Made by a program: the position numbers and the translations under genes. Positions 36,113 through 46,547 of a stretch of DNA of 55,829 nt are shown here, piece after piece (the first letter of the stretch is position 1; each line of letters begins with the position of its first letter). Below the pieces are notes generated by a model. The model was not told the DNA's origin, made no database searches, and worked only from the letters and a program-made list of their open reading frames with translations. The stretch comes from a virus (lineage: Duplodnaviria; Caudoviricetes): positions 1 through 55,829 of the IMG/VR virus record IMGVR_UViG_3300042541_001626; one strand, written 5' to 3'.

Positions 36113-36553
36113 TTACTTTAAGAATCTTAGTTTATATAATGTTGAATTAATCAACTTACAAACATTATCAATCTCATTTTGAATGTACGAATCTTTACAA
36201 CAATCTCTTAAGTCTTCAACTTTACTGCATAAGTCTTTAAAATAGTTAATTGTTGTTGTGGTGTCTTTATAATCCTCAATGTCATATTTTTTGTATCCTT
36301 TAATAATACTATATTTACCTTGATATGACTCTATTAACCCATCAATTAATTCAACAATTTCATCGTAGTAATCGTTTAACGCTTTATGTTCTGCAAATGA
36401 TTTAGTTTGTAAATGTAAAGTATGAGCCTGAGTTCTTGAATGAAACAATAACGACGCCATTTCAATAAAATCTTTGGTACCTGTTTTTTGTTCAGAAAGT
36501 AAACCTCTTTTTTTCACTTCTTCAAATAATTTATCTTTAAAATCTTGATCCAT
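36113..36553 (-). CDS. Ferritin/Dps-like four-helix protein (DUF5856-like)
   Basis: HTLHLQTKSFAEHKAL..YYD...D.LIESYQG..IQNEID..TLYKLRFL. Confidence 0.75.
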   Translation of the reverse strand: MDQDFKDKLFEEVKKRGLLSEQKTGTKDFIEMASLLFHSRTQAHTLHLQTKSFAEHKALNDYYDEIVELIDGLIESYQGKYSIIKGYKKYDIEDYKDTTTTINYFKDLCSKVEDLRDCCKDSYIQNEIDNVCKLINSTLYKLRFLK

Positions 36554-36609
36554 AATAATTGTTTTATTATAAATACTTGATAGTTAAGAAAAAATAATTG
36601 TCACAAAGA

Positions 36610-36927
36610 TTATTTACCAATAATTAAATCATTAAAACTTAGTTTCCCCATACCATCAGTCGATTCTTTACTTGTAACCTCGTCATACATAAATGTTTTT
36701 GCAACGGAGATAATACTTTGTTCAGCCTGAGCAATCTTTGTTTCCATCCAATCTTCTAATTGGGTACCATCTTCCATCTCTTCCCACATTTTGTGAGCGA
36801 CGGTTGCAATCACATATAACTGTTCTTTTGCCATATATGAACCCTCTTGTTCATTCTCATTAACACGATCTTTAATTTTAAAAACCAAATTATTCAATTG
36901 ATCCTCAGTTATAATAATATTTTTCAT
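36610..36927 (-). CDS. Hypothetical protein with MKNIIITEDQ leader
   Basis: SYMAKEQL..LEDWMETKIAQA motif. Confidence 0.75.
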   Translation of the reverse strand: MKNIIITEDQLNNLVFKIKDRVNENEQEGSYMAKEQLYVIATVAHKMWEEMEDGTQLEDWMETKIAQAEQSIISVAKTFMYDEVTSKESTDGMGKLSFNDLIIGK

Positions 36928-37052
36928 ATTCACCTTTACATATAAATATAACAAACAAACATAAAAAAAGGAGGTAATTTCTTACCTCCCTTATATGGGG
37001 CCGACAATTCGGCGAAACCACCACCTTATTTTTCTAAACAAGGAAACAATGT

Positions 37053-37277
37053 TTATTCCTCAACCAACCCACCATCAATTTGGTTATTTGATGACGTAGA
37101 TATAGTTTGTTCAGTTTGTATTAGTGTAGGGGTTAATAAATAATCATACGCCTCTTTTAACTTTACAACAGCGAATGCAAAAATAAGAATAAATGATATG
37201 AAAACCAATTTAACTATTTGTTTCCAATTTTTAATCGCCATGTATAATATTATACCCAAAAAGATAAGAAATCCCAT
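37053..37277 (-). CDS. Small membrane protein
   Basis: Two hydrophobic segments. Confidence 0.6.
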   Translation of the reverse strand: MGFLIFLGIILYMAIKNWKQIVKLVFISFILIFAFAVVKLKEAYDYLLTPTLIQTEQTISTSSNNQIDGGLVEE

Positions 37278-37288
37278 AATTTTTAATT

Positions 37289-37564
37289 TTAATTAGTTAC
37301 TAATGCCTCTACTTTACTTTTCATGTGATCAGCCAACCCATAATTATCAATTGATGTTAATATAATAGAGTTAACTAAATATAAATATGGGATATGTATC
37401 AAAAAATCAACCCCATTAAAAAATGTTAAATCGTTCTTAAGTTCCAAACATCCCTGAACCATTTTTAAAAATAATTTAAATTGAACATCATTAACAAAGG
37501 TCTCATCAATTAATTTCCCAAATTTTTCATTCTCAATTCTAATGTTGTATGTTGAAGTCGTCAT
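37289..37564 (-). CDS. Hypothetical protein
   Basis: ORF. Confidence 0.7.
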   Translation of the reverse strand: MTTSTYNIRIENEKFGKLIDETFVNDVQFKLFLKMVQGCLELKNDLTFFNGVDFLIHIPYLYLVNSIILTSIDNYGLADHMKSKVEALVTN

Positions 37565-37781
37565 ATCTATTTATATTTAATACAAATCTACAAAAAATTT
37601 ATTATTCTACCAAATTAAGTTATTCACATAACTCAATTATGAGTTTTATGTTTATCCTTACGGGTATATTTTTTCTTATTACGATAAACGTTAGGTCTTG
37701 TCGCCATTAAAATCTCCGCTTGTGTAATCTCTATTGTTCTCATCGTTTATCAATTATTTTTAACAAAGATATAAATTAAAT

Positions 37782-38207
37782 TCAAATATCACGCTTCATT
37801 TCACGACTAATATCTCTCTCTTTAATATTTTCTCTTTTATCCCAAAGTTTTTTACCTTTTGCTAACACAATATCCATTTTCAATAGACCCCTCTCATTCT
37901 CATAAAGAATATGAGGAATGATAGTATATCCCTTGATCAATTCCGATTCTAATTTTCTTAATTGTTTTTTCTTTAATAACAATTTTCTATCAGCCCCAAT
38001 ATTATCATTCCCAATTCCTTGGATAAGTATTCCTTTCATAAATAATTCCCCATTCCTGAAATAACAGAACGAATCAGTCATAGACACCTTCCCTTCTCTA
38101 ATTCTCTTAACCTCAATACCAGTCAACTTAATTCCAGCTGAGAGTGTTTCCTCAATGAAATATTCAAACTTAACCTTCCTATTCTCTATACGAACCCTAT
38201 TCTTCAT
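37782..38207 (-). CDS. smpB: SsrA-binding protein SmpB
   Basis: NRK..FEY.I.ETLSAGIKLTGIEVK.IR.G, RKLLL, AKGKKLWDKRE.IK.RD. Confidence 0.9.
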   Translation of the reverse strand: MKNRVRIENRKVKFEYFIEETLSAGIKLTGIEVKRIREGKVSMTDSFCYFRNGELFMKGILIQGIGNDNIGADRKLLLKKKQLRKLESELIKGYTIIPHILYENERGLLKMDIVLAKGKKLWDKRENIKERDISREMKRDI

Positions 38208-38285
38208 AAGCATAAAGATACAACAAAAAATAAAAAACCCTAACAAATTATTTCAGTTTTCTATCTCCGATCATATTTATATTAT

Positions 38286-38627
38286 ATGATAATTAAAATC
38301 AACAATAACAAATTTAAAGTAAAACCAATGATCACCAAAAAAGATACCCAAAAAGGTATGATGGGTCGTGATTTTGATACCACATTTAATGGTATGTTAT
38401 TTTTAATGGATAAGGGTCATCATAGTTTTTGGATGAAGGGATGCATAATCCCTTTAGACATAATCTTCATTAATGGAAATACAATAACCAAAATTAGCCA
38501 CAACTGTCAACCATGTAAAACCGACGAATGTCCAAATTATATGGGAAGTGGTGACACTATCTTAGAACTTAAAGGCGGTACCTGTAAAAAATTAGGAATT
38601 GAATCTGGAGATATTATCCGTTATTAA
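38286..38627 (+). CDS. DUF192 family protein
   Basis: GMMGR, GMLF, FWMK...PLDIIFI and LELKGG motifs. Confidence 0.85.
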   Translation: MIIKINNNKFKVKPMITKKDTQKGMMGRDFDTTFNGMLFLMDKGHHSFWMKGCIIPLDIIFINGNTITKISHNCQPCKTDECPNYMGSGDTILELKGGTCKKLGIESGDIIRY

Positions 38628-40068
38628 ATAAGAATTTTTCATTACCACAATTAAATATTCTATAATACCCTAACTGACCCATAATTTCCACTTCAGTCAA
38701 ACTTTTATCATAACCCTTTTTAACTAATTTATGTTTTTGATAATTAATCCTATTTTCTCGTTTTCCCTTAATAACATAATGATAGTTTGGTTTAGTTATC
38801 CCAATTGAATGAAATCCTAAATTTATATATAACCCACCATTCGCCCAAGAAAGATCACAATACGACAACACAGTAACTGGATTATATTCTTTAATAAATT
38901 GTTTAAATAATTTAGATGCCCCACCAATAACCGAAATACCCGTTTTATTACAAAATCTAACTAATTCATATTCACTTTCTTTATTAGTTTTATTTAAAAT
39001 TTTCCTTGTTTTCATAAAGGTCATCAATGAAACTAATTCACCATTATAATATAAACCATAATTAATATTTGTATTAACAAATCCTTGTAAATGATTTTTA
39101 GTTAAAAATTCTCGTATAAGGTCTTTATTAACAATTTGTTTGAGTATCGTTTTTCTAGCATATATTTTATCCGATAAATTTAAAACATTACTAATAATTG
39201 ATTTAACAATACTCAATTTATCGTCAAAATCATCCTCAAAAATATGGATTAGTCTAACCCCATTATCATTACACATTTGAGTTTTTTTAAGATGATAATC
39301 ATTATTTAAAAATAATTCAGAATGCCACCTAACCCCATTAAATTCAAACCCCAGTTTTAATTCAGGTAAATAAACGTCAATTTCTTTTCGACCAATTTTA
39401 TATGATTGAATAATCTCTCCACTATATAATTCACCGATTAATTTCAATAATAAAACTTCCTTTCCCGATATATTTTTGTTGATAGGATTACATTCATAAC
39501 AACACTCAGTTTTACATACTTTCCTATTACTAAAGATTTTTTTAGGTATTTTAACTTCTCCATGTATGTCACAGTTAATAATAAAATTTTCATCATCTTG
39601 ACCAACAACTTCTGAATTATCTTCTAAGAACTGTTTAAATATAGTGTTTTTTCGTTTGTCAATTTCCCCCCCCATAAGATTTTTCCACTTTTCACTACGT
39701 CTAAAATGTTCTGACCCCCATTTCAACAAACTACTTTCTCGACTCTTTTGTTTAAAATTTTCACTTTTAAATTGATTACTCTCACCATATTTTGTTAAAT
39801 TAGTTTTATTTCTTTTTTCTTTGGAACAACTTGAAGAACAGGTATAATACCCCCCTCGATTAATCGATTGATTATATCTCCTATATTGTATTTTAACTTC
39901 TTTACCACACACGTCACATATCGCATCGACAATTAAGTGACTTTGGGGATTAACAAATTCTATTGGTAAATCATTAACTTTATTAAAAGTTACATCAATA
40001 TTATTTTTTCGATAATAATCACAAACATTACCAGTAATTCTAATTTTAAGATTTTTTGTTATAAGCAT
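38614..40068 (-). CDS. Hef-like homing endonuclease (Zn-binding N-terminus, Vsr/DUF559-like nuclease, GNAT-like C-domain)
   Basis: EIDVYLPELKLGFEFNGVRWHS, IHIFEDD, KIYARK, ELVRFC, GGASKL. Confidence 0.75.
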   Translation of the reverse strand: MLITKNLKIRITGNVCDYYRKNNIDVTFNKVNDLPIEFVNPQSHLIVDAICDVCGKEVKIQYRRYNQSINRGGYYTCSSSCSKEKRNKTNLTKYGESNQFKSENFKQKSRESSLLKWGSEHFRRSEKWKNLMGGEIDKRKNTIFKQFLEDNSEVVGQDDENFIINCDIHGEVKIPKKIFSNRKVCKTECCYECNPINKNISGKEVLLLKLIGELYSGEIIQSYKIGRKEIDVYLPELKLGFEFNGVRWHSELFLNNDYHLKKTQMCNDNGVRLIHIFEDDFDDKLSIVKSIISNVLNLSDKIYARKTILKQIVNKDLIREFLTKNHLQGFVNTNINYGLYYNGELVSLMTFMKTRKILNKTNKESEYELVRFCNKTGISVIGGASKLFKQFIKEYNPVTVLSYCDLSWANGGLYINLGFHSIGITKPNYHYVIKGKRENRINYQKHKLVKKGYDKSLTEVEIMGQLGYYRIFNCGNEKFLFNNG

Positions 40069-40122
40069 AAAAAATAGTTTACTATAAATATAGTAAACTA
40101 TTCAATTATGTCCTCCGAAATG

Positions 40123-41526
40123 TTAATTATTTATTTTATTTTGTAAAACTTTTACAAATTCACTTTGAATCATTTTTGTAAATTTAACATATGGTGAATC
40201 CTCACTTTCAGAATCATATTTATACGCTCCCGCTGGTGGTCTTTTTGACCTTCCAAGATAACTTAATCCAGAAATGTTAGTGATACATTTATGTCCACCA
40301 CTATTAGCCTGAATCAAATCCCAAGCATTAATACTTATCTTATCTAACATCTCTTTTTCCTCATCAGATAGATCAGTAAAAGGTTTCTCCATCATTTTAC
40401 CAATACGAGTTAACGTTTCTTTACCATTATCCATTGTCTTATATTTACTACCATACAACGCAACAAAATCTTTAAATGTAAATCCGACTGACTCCGATCC
40501 AAACCCTTTTGACCTTTCAGATATCCATTTAATCGATGATAAAGGAACCTCCCTTTCTTTTAAACTCCCTTCCCACTTAGAAAGTACTTCTTGAGCAATC
40601 TCCCCTAAGTTAACACCTTTTAACTCCCTTTCTTTCTTATATGGGTTACAAGACGCTTGAACTAAACCTAACGGCCAAGCAATAACAATAAAGTCAGCCT
40701 CAGGATTATTTTTAAATGGTGTATATCTATCATAAGAACCCGGCTTCATCATATTACCACCTCCATATTGAACAATGATATTACCCACAAGTTTAACATT
40801 GGGGTTGGTCTTCATTTGATTGATGTACGTTTCTTTATTCTTTTCTAATTCGGGTATTTTCGCGTACCCCTTTTCAACCATAATTCTTTTAATGTTTTGT
40901 AAAATATTCATTAAAGATGGTGTACATTTCATTATAAGTTCTTCTAAGAACCCTGGTTTATTTTTGAACGCTAATAACAATTTATTTGCAACTAAACCTA
41001 ATGCCATTTTGTTTTTGGCTAAAGATGAGTCTTTATCTAATTTAAATAAATAATTAATCACTTGATCAACAGATATATCATTCATTGCAAAATTTGCCGA
41101 ATCTACTGTTGATATTAAAAGAATATCTGATGATGGGAATAAATCTCTTGGTGAAACAATTTGTGAAATAGTTTCAACATTAGATCTAGCCTGTCTAAAA
41201 TTTGTTGTCGTCCCCACCTCAACTCCAGCTTGTCTATCGTGATGATCAAGGTGAACCGTAAACATAGGTTTTGAGTGGGCAAAATCACACAAACAATATA
41301 AAATTTTCTTATCTGGGTCAGATTTCTTTAATGACCATTCTTTGTCCCCATACTGAATTATTTGAGCATCAATAACATTAAACCCTTGATTCTCAAAATA
41401 ATGTTTCATCCCAATTCCACTAACCACTCCGTCAAGATCCTGATGGGTTACAATAACAACATCATTAAACATTTTCTTTAACTTATTAATGTCTCTAATA
41501 CCCGACTCTTTAATTAACTTTTTCAT
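40123..41526 (-). CDS. DHH-superfamily phosphoesterase
   Basis: HQDLDG, CDFAH, LDHH and C-terminal GGH motifs. Confidence 0.7.
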   Translation of the reverse strand: MKKLIKESGIRDINKLKKMFNDVVIVTHQDLDGVVSGIGMKHYFENQGFNVIDAQIIQYGDKEWSLKKSDPDKKILYCLCDFAHSKPMFTVHLDHHDRQAGVEVGTTTNFRQARSNVETISQIVSPRDLFPSSDILLISTVDSANFAMNDISVDQVINYLFKLDKDSSLAKNKMALGLVANKLLLAFKNKPGFLEELIMKCTPSLMNILQNIKRIMVEKGYAKIPELEKNKETYINQMKTNPNVKLVGNIIVQYGGGNMMKPGSYDRYTPFKNNPEADFIVIAWPLGLVQASCNPYKKERELKGVNLGEIAQEVLSKWEGSLKEREVPLSSIKWISERSKGFGSESVGFTFKDFVALYGSKYKTMDNGKETLTRIGKMMEKPFTDLSDEEKEMLDKISINAWDLIQANSGGHKCITNISGLSYLGRSKRPPAGAYKYDSESEDSPYVKFTKMIQSEFVKVLQNKINN

Positions 41527-41682
41527 ATTGTTATTTCTTTTAATTTAATTGAACATTTTTTACTTTTAGAAAGGTTTTTAAATTTTTCAATAACTTCTAA
41601 ATTTTTATATCCTCCTATTATTTTAGGTGACACCCCATTCTTAAACCCCTCATACAATGAATATTTATGGTCTAAGTGATAA

Positions 41683-42819
41683 TCATATTAATGCCCCCGC
41701 AATTTTACCAACGGATCCCCCACCCCCAAATAATGAGGTTAAGGTTGATATTGAATCTAAACCTCCTGATGAAGGTGATGGTGGTGGCGGTGTTAATGAC
41801 GGTAATGATCCTGGTGTGGATGATGTTTCACCCCCAACTTGATTTAAATCCATTTGAGCGAATTGTTTTGATTGGTCAGTTTTTTCATATTCATCAATTC
41901 TAGATTGTAAATCTCCATATTTTTCTTCTAATTCATCAGGGCCAACAAAATTTGCAACCCCTATATAATCTAATAAGCCTAAATACCATTTAGTTCTTCT
42001 CATGAGTGACCTTGTTGCTCGATTACCCCAAAGTCTACCCATACCACCTGAAACATATTTACTGGTTAAGGATTGACCCTCACCTTTATAGTTTCTAAAA
42101 CCACTGAACGATCCTTGTTTTTTCAATTCTGACGCTAACAATTCTTTTTCAGTTTTACTTAAAGCTGATTCTCCCTTAGACAATAGTTTACCCGTTATTT
42201 CGGTTGAAGCTTTCATTTCTTTTCCTGCTTTACCAAATATTGTAACAAATTCTTCAATCACTTTTACTAGACCAGTTCCTAATAATGGAACTTTTCCAAT
42301 CGACGCCCTTAACATCCCGATTAATTTCCCTCCCCACGTTGGCGCCGTCTCCACTAATTTAGCAACAGGCCCACCAGCAACTTTTGCGGTTTTAGCCATT
42401 TTAACGGCATCTCCAGCAATTGTGGCTGCTTTAAACGCTTTAGTCGCTCCACCCCCGACTTTCATAAGACCGATAACAGGTTTAGCGATTAAATCACCTA
42501 AATATGGAACTGCCGATATCCAAGATAAAATTGCAAATAATTTATCACCTTGTCTCCAATAACTAATTCCGTTAACAATATCAACAACCCCAGTAGGGTC
42601 AAAAATACCAACAATATCCCCTAAAGTATTATACCAACGAGATTCTGTTACTAATTTAGATTTTTTAGGATAAATAACTTTCAAGAATTCAACAACAAAT
42701 TGTTTATCATTAGTTGATAGTTTACTCCATTTTTCATTAAGAATTTTTAATTGTTCTTCTTTATATATTTGAACCATCGTTTCTTTTAATTCCGATTCAG
42801 TAAGTGATAATCTATTCAT
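41683..42819 (-). CDS. Leader-bearing protein with a pre-toxin-TG-like hydrophobic segment
   Basis: DIVGIFDPTGVVDIVNGISYWRQGD..AILSWISAVPYLGD followed by an Ala/Gly-rich helix. Confidence 0.6.
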   Translation of the reverse strand: MNRLSLTESELKETMVQIYKEEQLKILNEKWSKLSTNDKQFVVEFLKVIYPKKSKLVTESRWYNTLGDIVGIFDPTGVVDIVNGISYWRQGDKLFAILSWISAVPYLGDLIAKPVIGLMKVGGGATKAFKAATIAGDAVKMAKTAKVAGGPVAKLVETAPTWGGKLIGMLRASIGKVPLLGTGLVKVIEEFVTIFGKAGKEMKASTEITGKLLSKGESALSKTEKELLASELKKQGSFSGFRNYKGEGQSLTSKYVSGGMGRLWGNRATRSLMRRTKWYLGLLDYIGVANFVGPDELEEKYGDLQSRIDEYEKTDQSKQFAQMDLNQVGGETSSTPGSLPSLTPPPPSPSSGGLDSISTLTSLFGGGGSVGKIAGALI

Positions 42820-42885
42820 ATGGGATGTTTTACTATATAAATATCGTATAAATAAAAAAAGAGATATTAAACCTCTTTTTAAATT

Positions 42886-43992
42886 CTACTCTATATTAGT
42901 TAATGGTGGATTTTTAAATATTACAAAATGATTATCTTCAACTTTATAGTTTTTATTATCGAAGATTAACATTTTTTTACTATTGGTAAATATAATATAG
43001 TCTAAAGGTTTATTTTTATAATTCTTCATTTGATAAGATTTCACAACATGTTCATTTGTCTCCTCATTAAATTTATACCACAATAGTGGTTTTATTTGAG
43101 AATATTTAACACCGCTTTTTGTTATAATTTCAATATCTTTACTATCCCACCTATCTAAATTATTACCAGAACAATATTGTTTAATATTTTTAGGATCGAT
43201 ATTAAAAGGGTCTTCACTTAACATACTAACCGTTAAATTTTCAGTCTTGGTTCCTGAGACATAAGACTTGAAATTAATCTTAACAAGATCGTCCATCCTA
43301 TCACCTTTTGTAAATAATCTTACACGATTATTTGTTATCCAAGTTTCGAACGATTCAATACTTACATTGGTTGGGATATCCCCACCGGCAAACATTCCAT
43401 TCATATACCACTCAATCAGTTTTTTAATAACCATTGGGTTAGTATCAAAATAATTTAATATTGACCATGTCTGATTTGGAACATTAGTTCCTGGAATATT
43501 AATTAGTCCATCTTCACTTTCGCAAACACCTCCATTAATAAAACTATTCTTACCAATATTATTTGGGTATAAATCCAATAATGTTTTTATAATGAACTTT
43601 GGGAATCCTGATATTGATTTTTTTAAGAAGTTTTCATCTAATTTAATATCATGAGTTTTAAGACTTCCTTTTATCTTATCGTATTCATCAATAAAGATAT
43701 AAGGAACACTATTTAATTTAGTTAAATTAATTTTATCTAAAGAAAATTCAAATGTCTCATCTGTTAAAACATTAATAAACTTAACATTAATACCACTATC
43801 AACCGACTTTAATTCTTTAATTTTATTAACATCTTCTTTACTAACACCACTGACATAAACAAACTTTCTATTAAATTTTGTATCAGGAGCAAAATTAGTA
43901 TATCTCACCTCAATATCATTCGGAAAGTCCATTTCAAGTTGTTCTTCAAATAATAATTTAAAATATTGACTCTCCGTTATTAAAATTTTCAT
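42886..43992 (-). CDS. Hypothetical protein with MKILITESQ leader, possible C-terminal PD-(D/E)xK domain
   Basis: D-I-E-I...SQIKP. Confidence 0.7.
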   Translation of the reverse strand: MKILITESQYFKLLFEEQLEMDFPNDIEVRYTNFAPDTKFNRKFVYVSGVSKEDVNKIKELKSVDSGINVKFINVLTDETFEFSLDKINLTKLNSVPYIFIDEYDKIKGSLKTHDIKLDENFLKKSISGFPKFIIKTLLDLYPNNIGKNSFINGGVCESEDGLINIPGTNVPNQTWSILNYFDTNPMVIKKLIEWYMNGMFAGGDIPTNVSIESFETWITNNRVRLFTKGDRMDDLVKINFKSYVSGTKTENLTVSMLSEDPFNIDPKNIKQYCSGNNLDRWDSKDIEIITKSGVKYSQIKPLLWYKFNEETNEHVVKSYQMKNYKNKPLDYIIFTNSKKMLIFDNKNYKVEDNHFVIFKNPPLTNIE

Positions 43993-44027
43993 AACAATAA
44001 ATATACAGGAAACAAAAAAGGGATCAA

Positions 44028-44909
44028 TTAAATCCCTTCTTCAAATACTAATCTAGATTGTTTTTTATCATCAACAAACGCCTGAATTCTTTTTCTAGCA
44101 ATTTCCGCATAATTTTCTGACAATTCAATACCTATCCATCTTCTGTCTAATACTTCAGCCGCCACTAAACTAGTTCCGCTTCCGGTAAATGGATCCAAAA
44201 TCACATCGTTTTTGTAGGACAATATTTTGATCGCCTTGGTCGGAATATCCATCGAGAATGTCGCTTTAGTTAATGATTTAGTATCAGCAAAGTAATTCCA
44301 CTGACCAAAAACAAGTTCCATAAATTCTTTCTTATCGGAATCTTCATACACAACTTTCTTTTTTATGGTTCCATCCTCTTGCTCAATGTCAGTTGGTGTC
44401 CCCTTCCATTGTGGTTCCCCCTTAACAAGTTTTTTAGGACTATTTTTATACGCAATAATTAGACATTCTTTTGGGTTATAAATATATGGTTGGCTACAAC
44501 TCATCCAAGAACCCCAAGCGGTAGTCTTACTTCTATGGGGACTATCTTCAGCCAAATCAATTAACCCAAACCAATTAAACCCTAATTTTTTCATAATATT
44601 CCATATTTCAGAAACAATAAATACCCTACCACCTCTTTCTTTTAGGTTAATTTCAAATGGTACGTTTACACATATTCTACCATCATCCTTTAATACCCTA
44701 AAAGATTCCTCTAACCATTTAGTGGAGAATTTTAAGTACTCTTCTAAAGTTGTATTATCATCATAAACGTCATAGGATATGTTAACCGAATATGGTGGGC
44801 TAGTCACAATTAAGTCTATTGACCCCTCAGGAAGATTTGACATAACTTCCACACAATTCCCGTTGATAACCTGATTCAACATTTTTTCGATATTCTTTGT
44901 ATCTTTCAT
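44028..44909 (-). CDS. N4/N6 DNA methyltransferase (beta class)
   Basis: TSPPY and DPFTGSGTS motifs. Confidence 0.92.
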   Translation of the reverse strand: MKDTKNIEKMLNQVINGNCVEVMSNLPEGSIDLIVTSPPYSVNISYDVYDDNTTLEEYLKFSTKWLEESFRVLKDDGRICVNVPFEINLKERGGRVFIVSEIWNIMKKLGFNWFGLIDLAEDSPHRSKTTAWGSWMSCSQPYIYNPKECLIIAYKNSPKKLVKGEPQWKGTPTDIEQEDGTIKKKVVYEDSDKKEFMELVFGQWNYFADTKSLTKATFSMDIPTKAIKILSYKNDVILDPFTGSGTSLVAAEVLDRRWIGIELSENYAEIARKRIQAFVDDKKQSRLVFEEGI

Positions 44910-45687
44910 AATATTCTTTTTTTCTTTTTAAATAAATTTTAGAGTCGAAATAAATGTAATCTAAAAAACTTCTAATCCCAACTATATTAACAATCTTAAT
45001 GGTATATCTACCGCTATCTTCGTGTATTCTACCAATGTTGGGTAGTTTAGACATCACCTCAATTAGGAATTCTCTAAACTTTTCAGAGGCACAAACTATG
45101 GTGACTACGGACATCTTAGTGACTTCACTATAAAAAAAATTACCGTCACCATCATAATAACCCCTTATAAAATCTTTATAAAATTCCTCACTAATATTTG
45201 GATAATCAATAATAAACGTCTTTCTTGGGACACACCCTTGGTTAATTAAATCTTTAACCATTTCCCCACTATTGACTTGAATAACACAATTATTTGACAC
45301 TGAGGGGGTTCCCTTTTTTGATGTTGTTTTACTTACATTATAAAATATTTTATGTTCAGAATTTAAATCATTTTTAAATTTTATTAGATGGTTTTCATCT
45401 TTTACCGATAACTTTAACACTACTTGAGACCCGGTTTTAGTTTTTCTAACACAACCATCGGCAAATAAAAAACCTAACCAATACGCCTTATCTTCAGAGT
45501 CAATAACGTTAAAATAAGAATGGTTCACATTAAATCTACGATTAGTTAATTCTATGTTATTTTTATTTAGAATACGTTTTATTGGCCTTAAAGAGACCCC
45601 AAAACTTTTTGCAACTTTTTTTAAATTTTTCAATTCGTTATACCTTTCTATAACTAAATTATCATCTATATCTATTCTACTTCCCAT
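44827..45687 (-). CDS. LAGLIDADG homing endonuclease (two motifs)
   Basis: AYWLGFLFADGC and DFIRGYYDGDG. Confidence 0.88.
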   Translation of the reverse strand: MGSRIDIDDNLVIERYNELKNLKKVAKSFGVSLRPIKRILNKNNIELTNRRFNVNHSYFNVIDSEDKAYWLGFLFADGCVRKTKTGSQVVLKLSVKDENHLIKFKNDLNSEHKIFYNVSKTTSKKGTPSVSNNCVIQVNSGEMVKDLINQGCVPRKTFIIDYPNISEEFYKDFIRGYYDGDGNFFYSEVTKMSVVTIVCASEKFREFLIEVMSKLPNIGRIHEDSGRYTIKIVNIVGIRSFLDYIYFDSKIYLKRKKEYYERYKEYRKNVESGYQRELCGSYVKSS

Positions 45688-45733
45688 ATATATAAATATA
45701 TGTTAGTGTGTAGAAAGTCACATTTCTTTTTTT

Positions 45734-45940
45734 TTATTTAATGGTCTCTAAAAAATCCCATGTGTTATTTGAAAATTCTTCGAAAAGATCCCCATTTTCA
45801 TCATCCGATAAGTCAACAATGTCTTTGTCGATACAAATGTCCACAATGATTTCATGTACTTCACCAAGTGTTTGCTCATCATTTTTTAACCCATCATATA
45901 GATTAAGGATATAATTTTTTTGTTCTGGTGTTAGTTTCAT
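45734..45940 (-). CDS. Hypothetical protein
   Basis: ORF. Confidence 0.65.
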   Translation of the reverse strand: MKLTPEQKNYILNLYDGLKNDEQTLGEVHEIIVDICIDKDIVDLSDDENGDLFEEFSNNTWDFLETIK

Positions 45941-45942
45941 CT

Positions 45943-46176
45943 TTATTTATTTTCTAATGTTTCAATGTAATGTTCTAAATAAAATTTAGCTTTCTTTAAA
46001 TCTTCTAACTCTTTAGTGGGGTCTTTTTTACCTGCTCTTGAGATGTACTTAACAGTATTTCCAAGTGAGAATCCTAAACCCCAAGCATCAATCACTTTGA
46101 TGGCTTCATAAACATTATCAGCTCCACCATAATGATCTGGGTGATTCACTTGTTCTTTTTTAATTTGGTTATCCAT
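45943..46176 (-). CDS. DUF3310 (SaV-like) phage protein
   Basis: VNHPDHY..GNTVKYISRAGKK..EDLKKA.FYL. Confidence 0.88.
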   Translation of the reverse strand: MDNQIKKEQVNHPDHYGGADNVYEAIKVIDAWGLGFSLGNTVKYISRAGKKDPTKELEDLKKAKFYLEHYIETLENK

Positions 46177-46177
46177 A

Positions 46178-46372
46178 TTATTGTTTATTATTTCTTATTG
46201 AGTAGTAATTATTTTCTTCAACTATTATCCCTTCTTCGATTAATTTAGTTAAATATTTTTTAACTTCAAACTCATCAACATTTAAAATGTTATTACAAAT
46301 AAAGTTTAATTCTAATGGTTGTCTTAATTTAGACAAAAGTTTTTTGGTGTCATACAATTTCTCCATCTTCAA
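46178..46372 (-). CDS. Small winged-helix-like protein
   Basis: L..LIEEGII.E...YY pattern. Confidence 0.55.
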   Translation of the reverse strand: MKMEKLYDTKKLLSKLRQPLELNFICNNILNVDEFEVKKYLTKLIEEGIIVEENNYYSIRNNKQ

Positions 46373-46547
46373 TCATTCTTAAAATTTCTTTATCTTCAAC
46401 ACCTTTTTTATATAACTCAAATATCCTTTGAGACTCATCATCAGTAAAAATAAGAGCATCCGCTCCAAAAACTTTAAATAACGGATAATCCCTTTTTAGA
46501 AATAATATAACATTCTCTAATTTAACAAATCGTTTATTGAATCCCAT
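46350..46547 (-). CDS. Hypothetical protein (MGFNKR)
   Basis: ORF. Confidence 0.65.
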   Translation of the reverse strand: MGFNKRFVKLENVILFLKRDYPLFKVFGADALIFTDDESQRIFELYKKGVEDKEILRMIEDGEIV

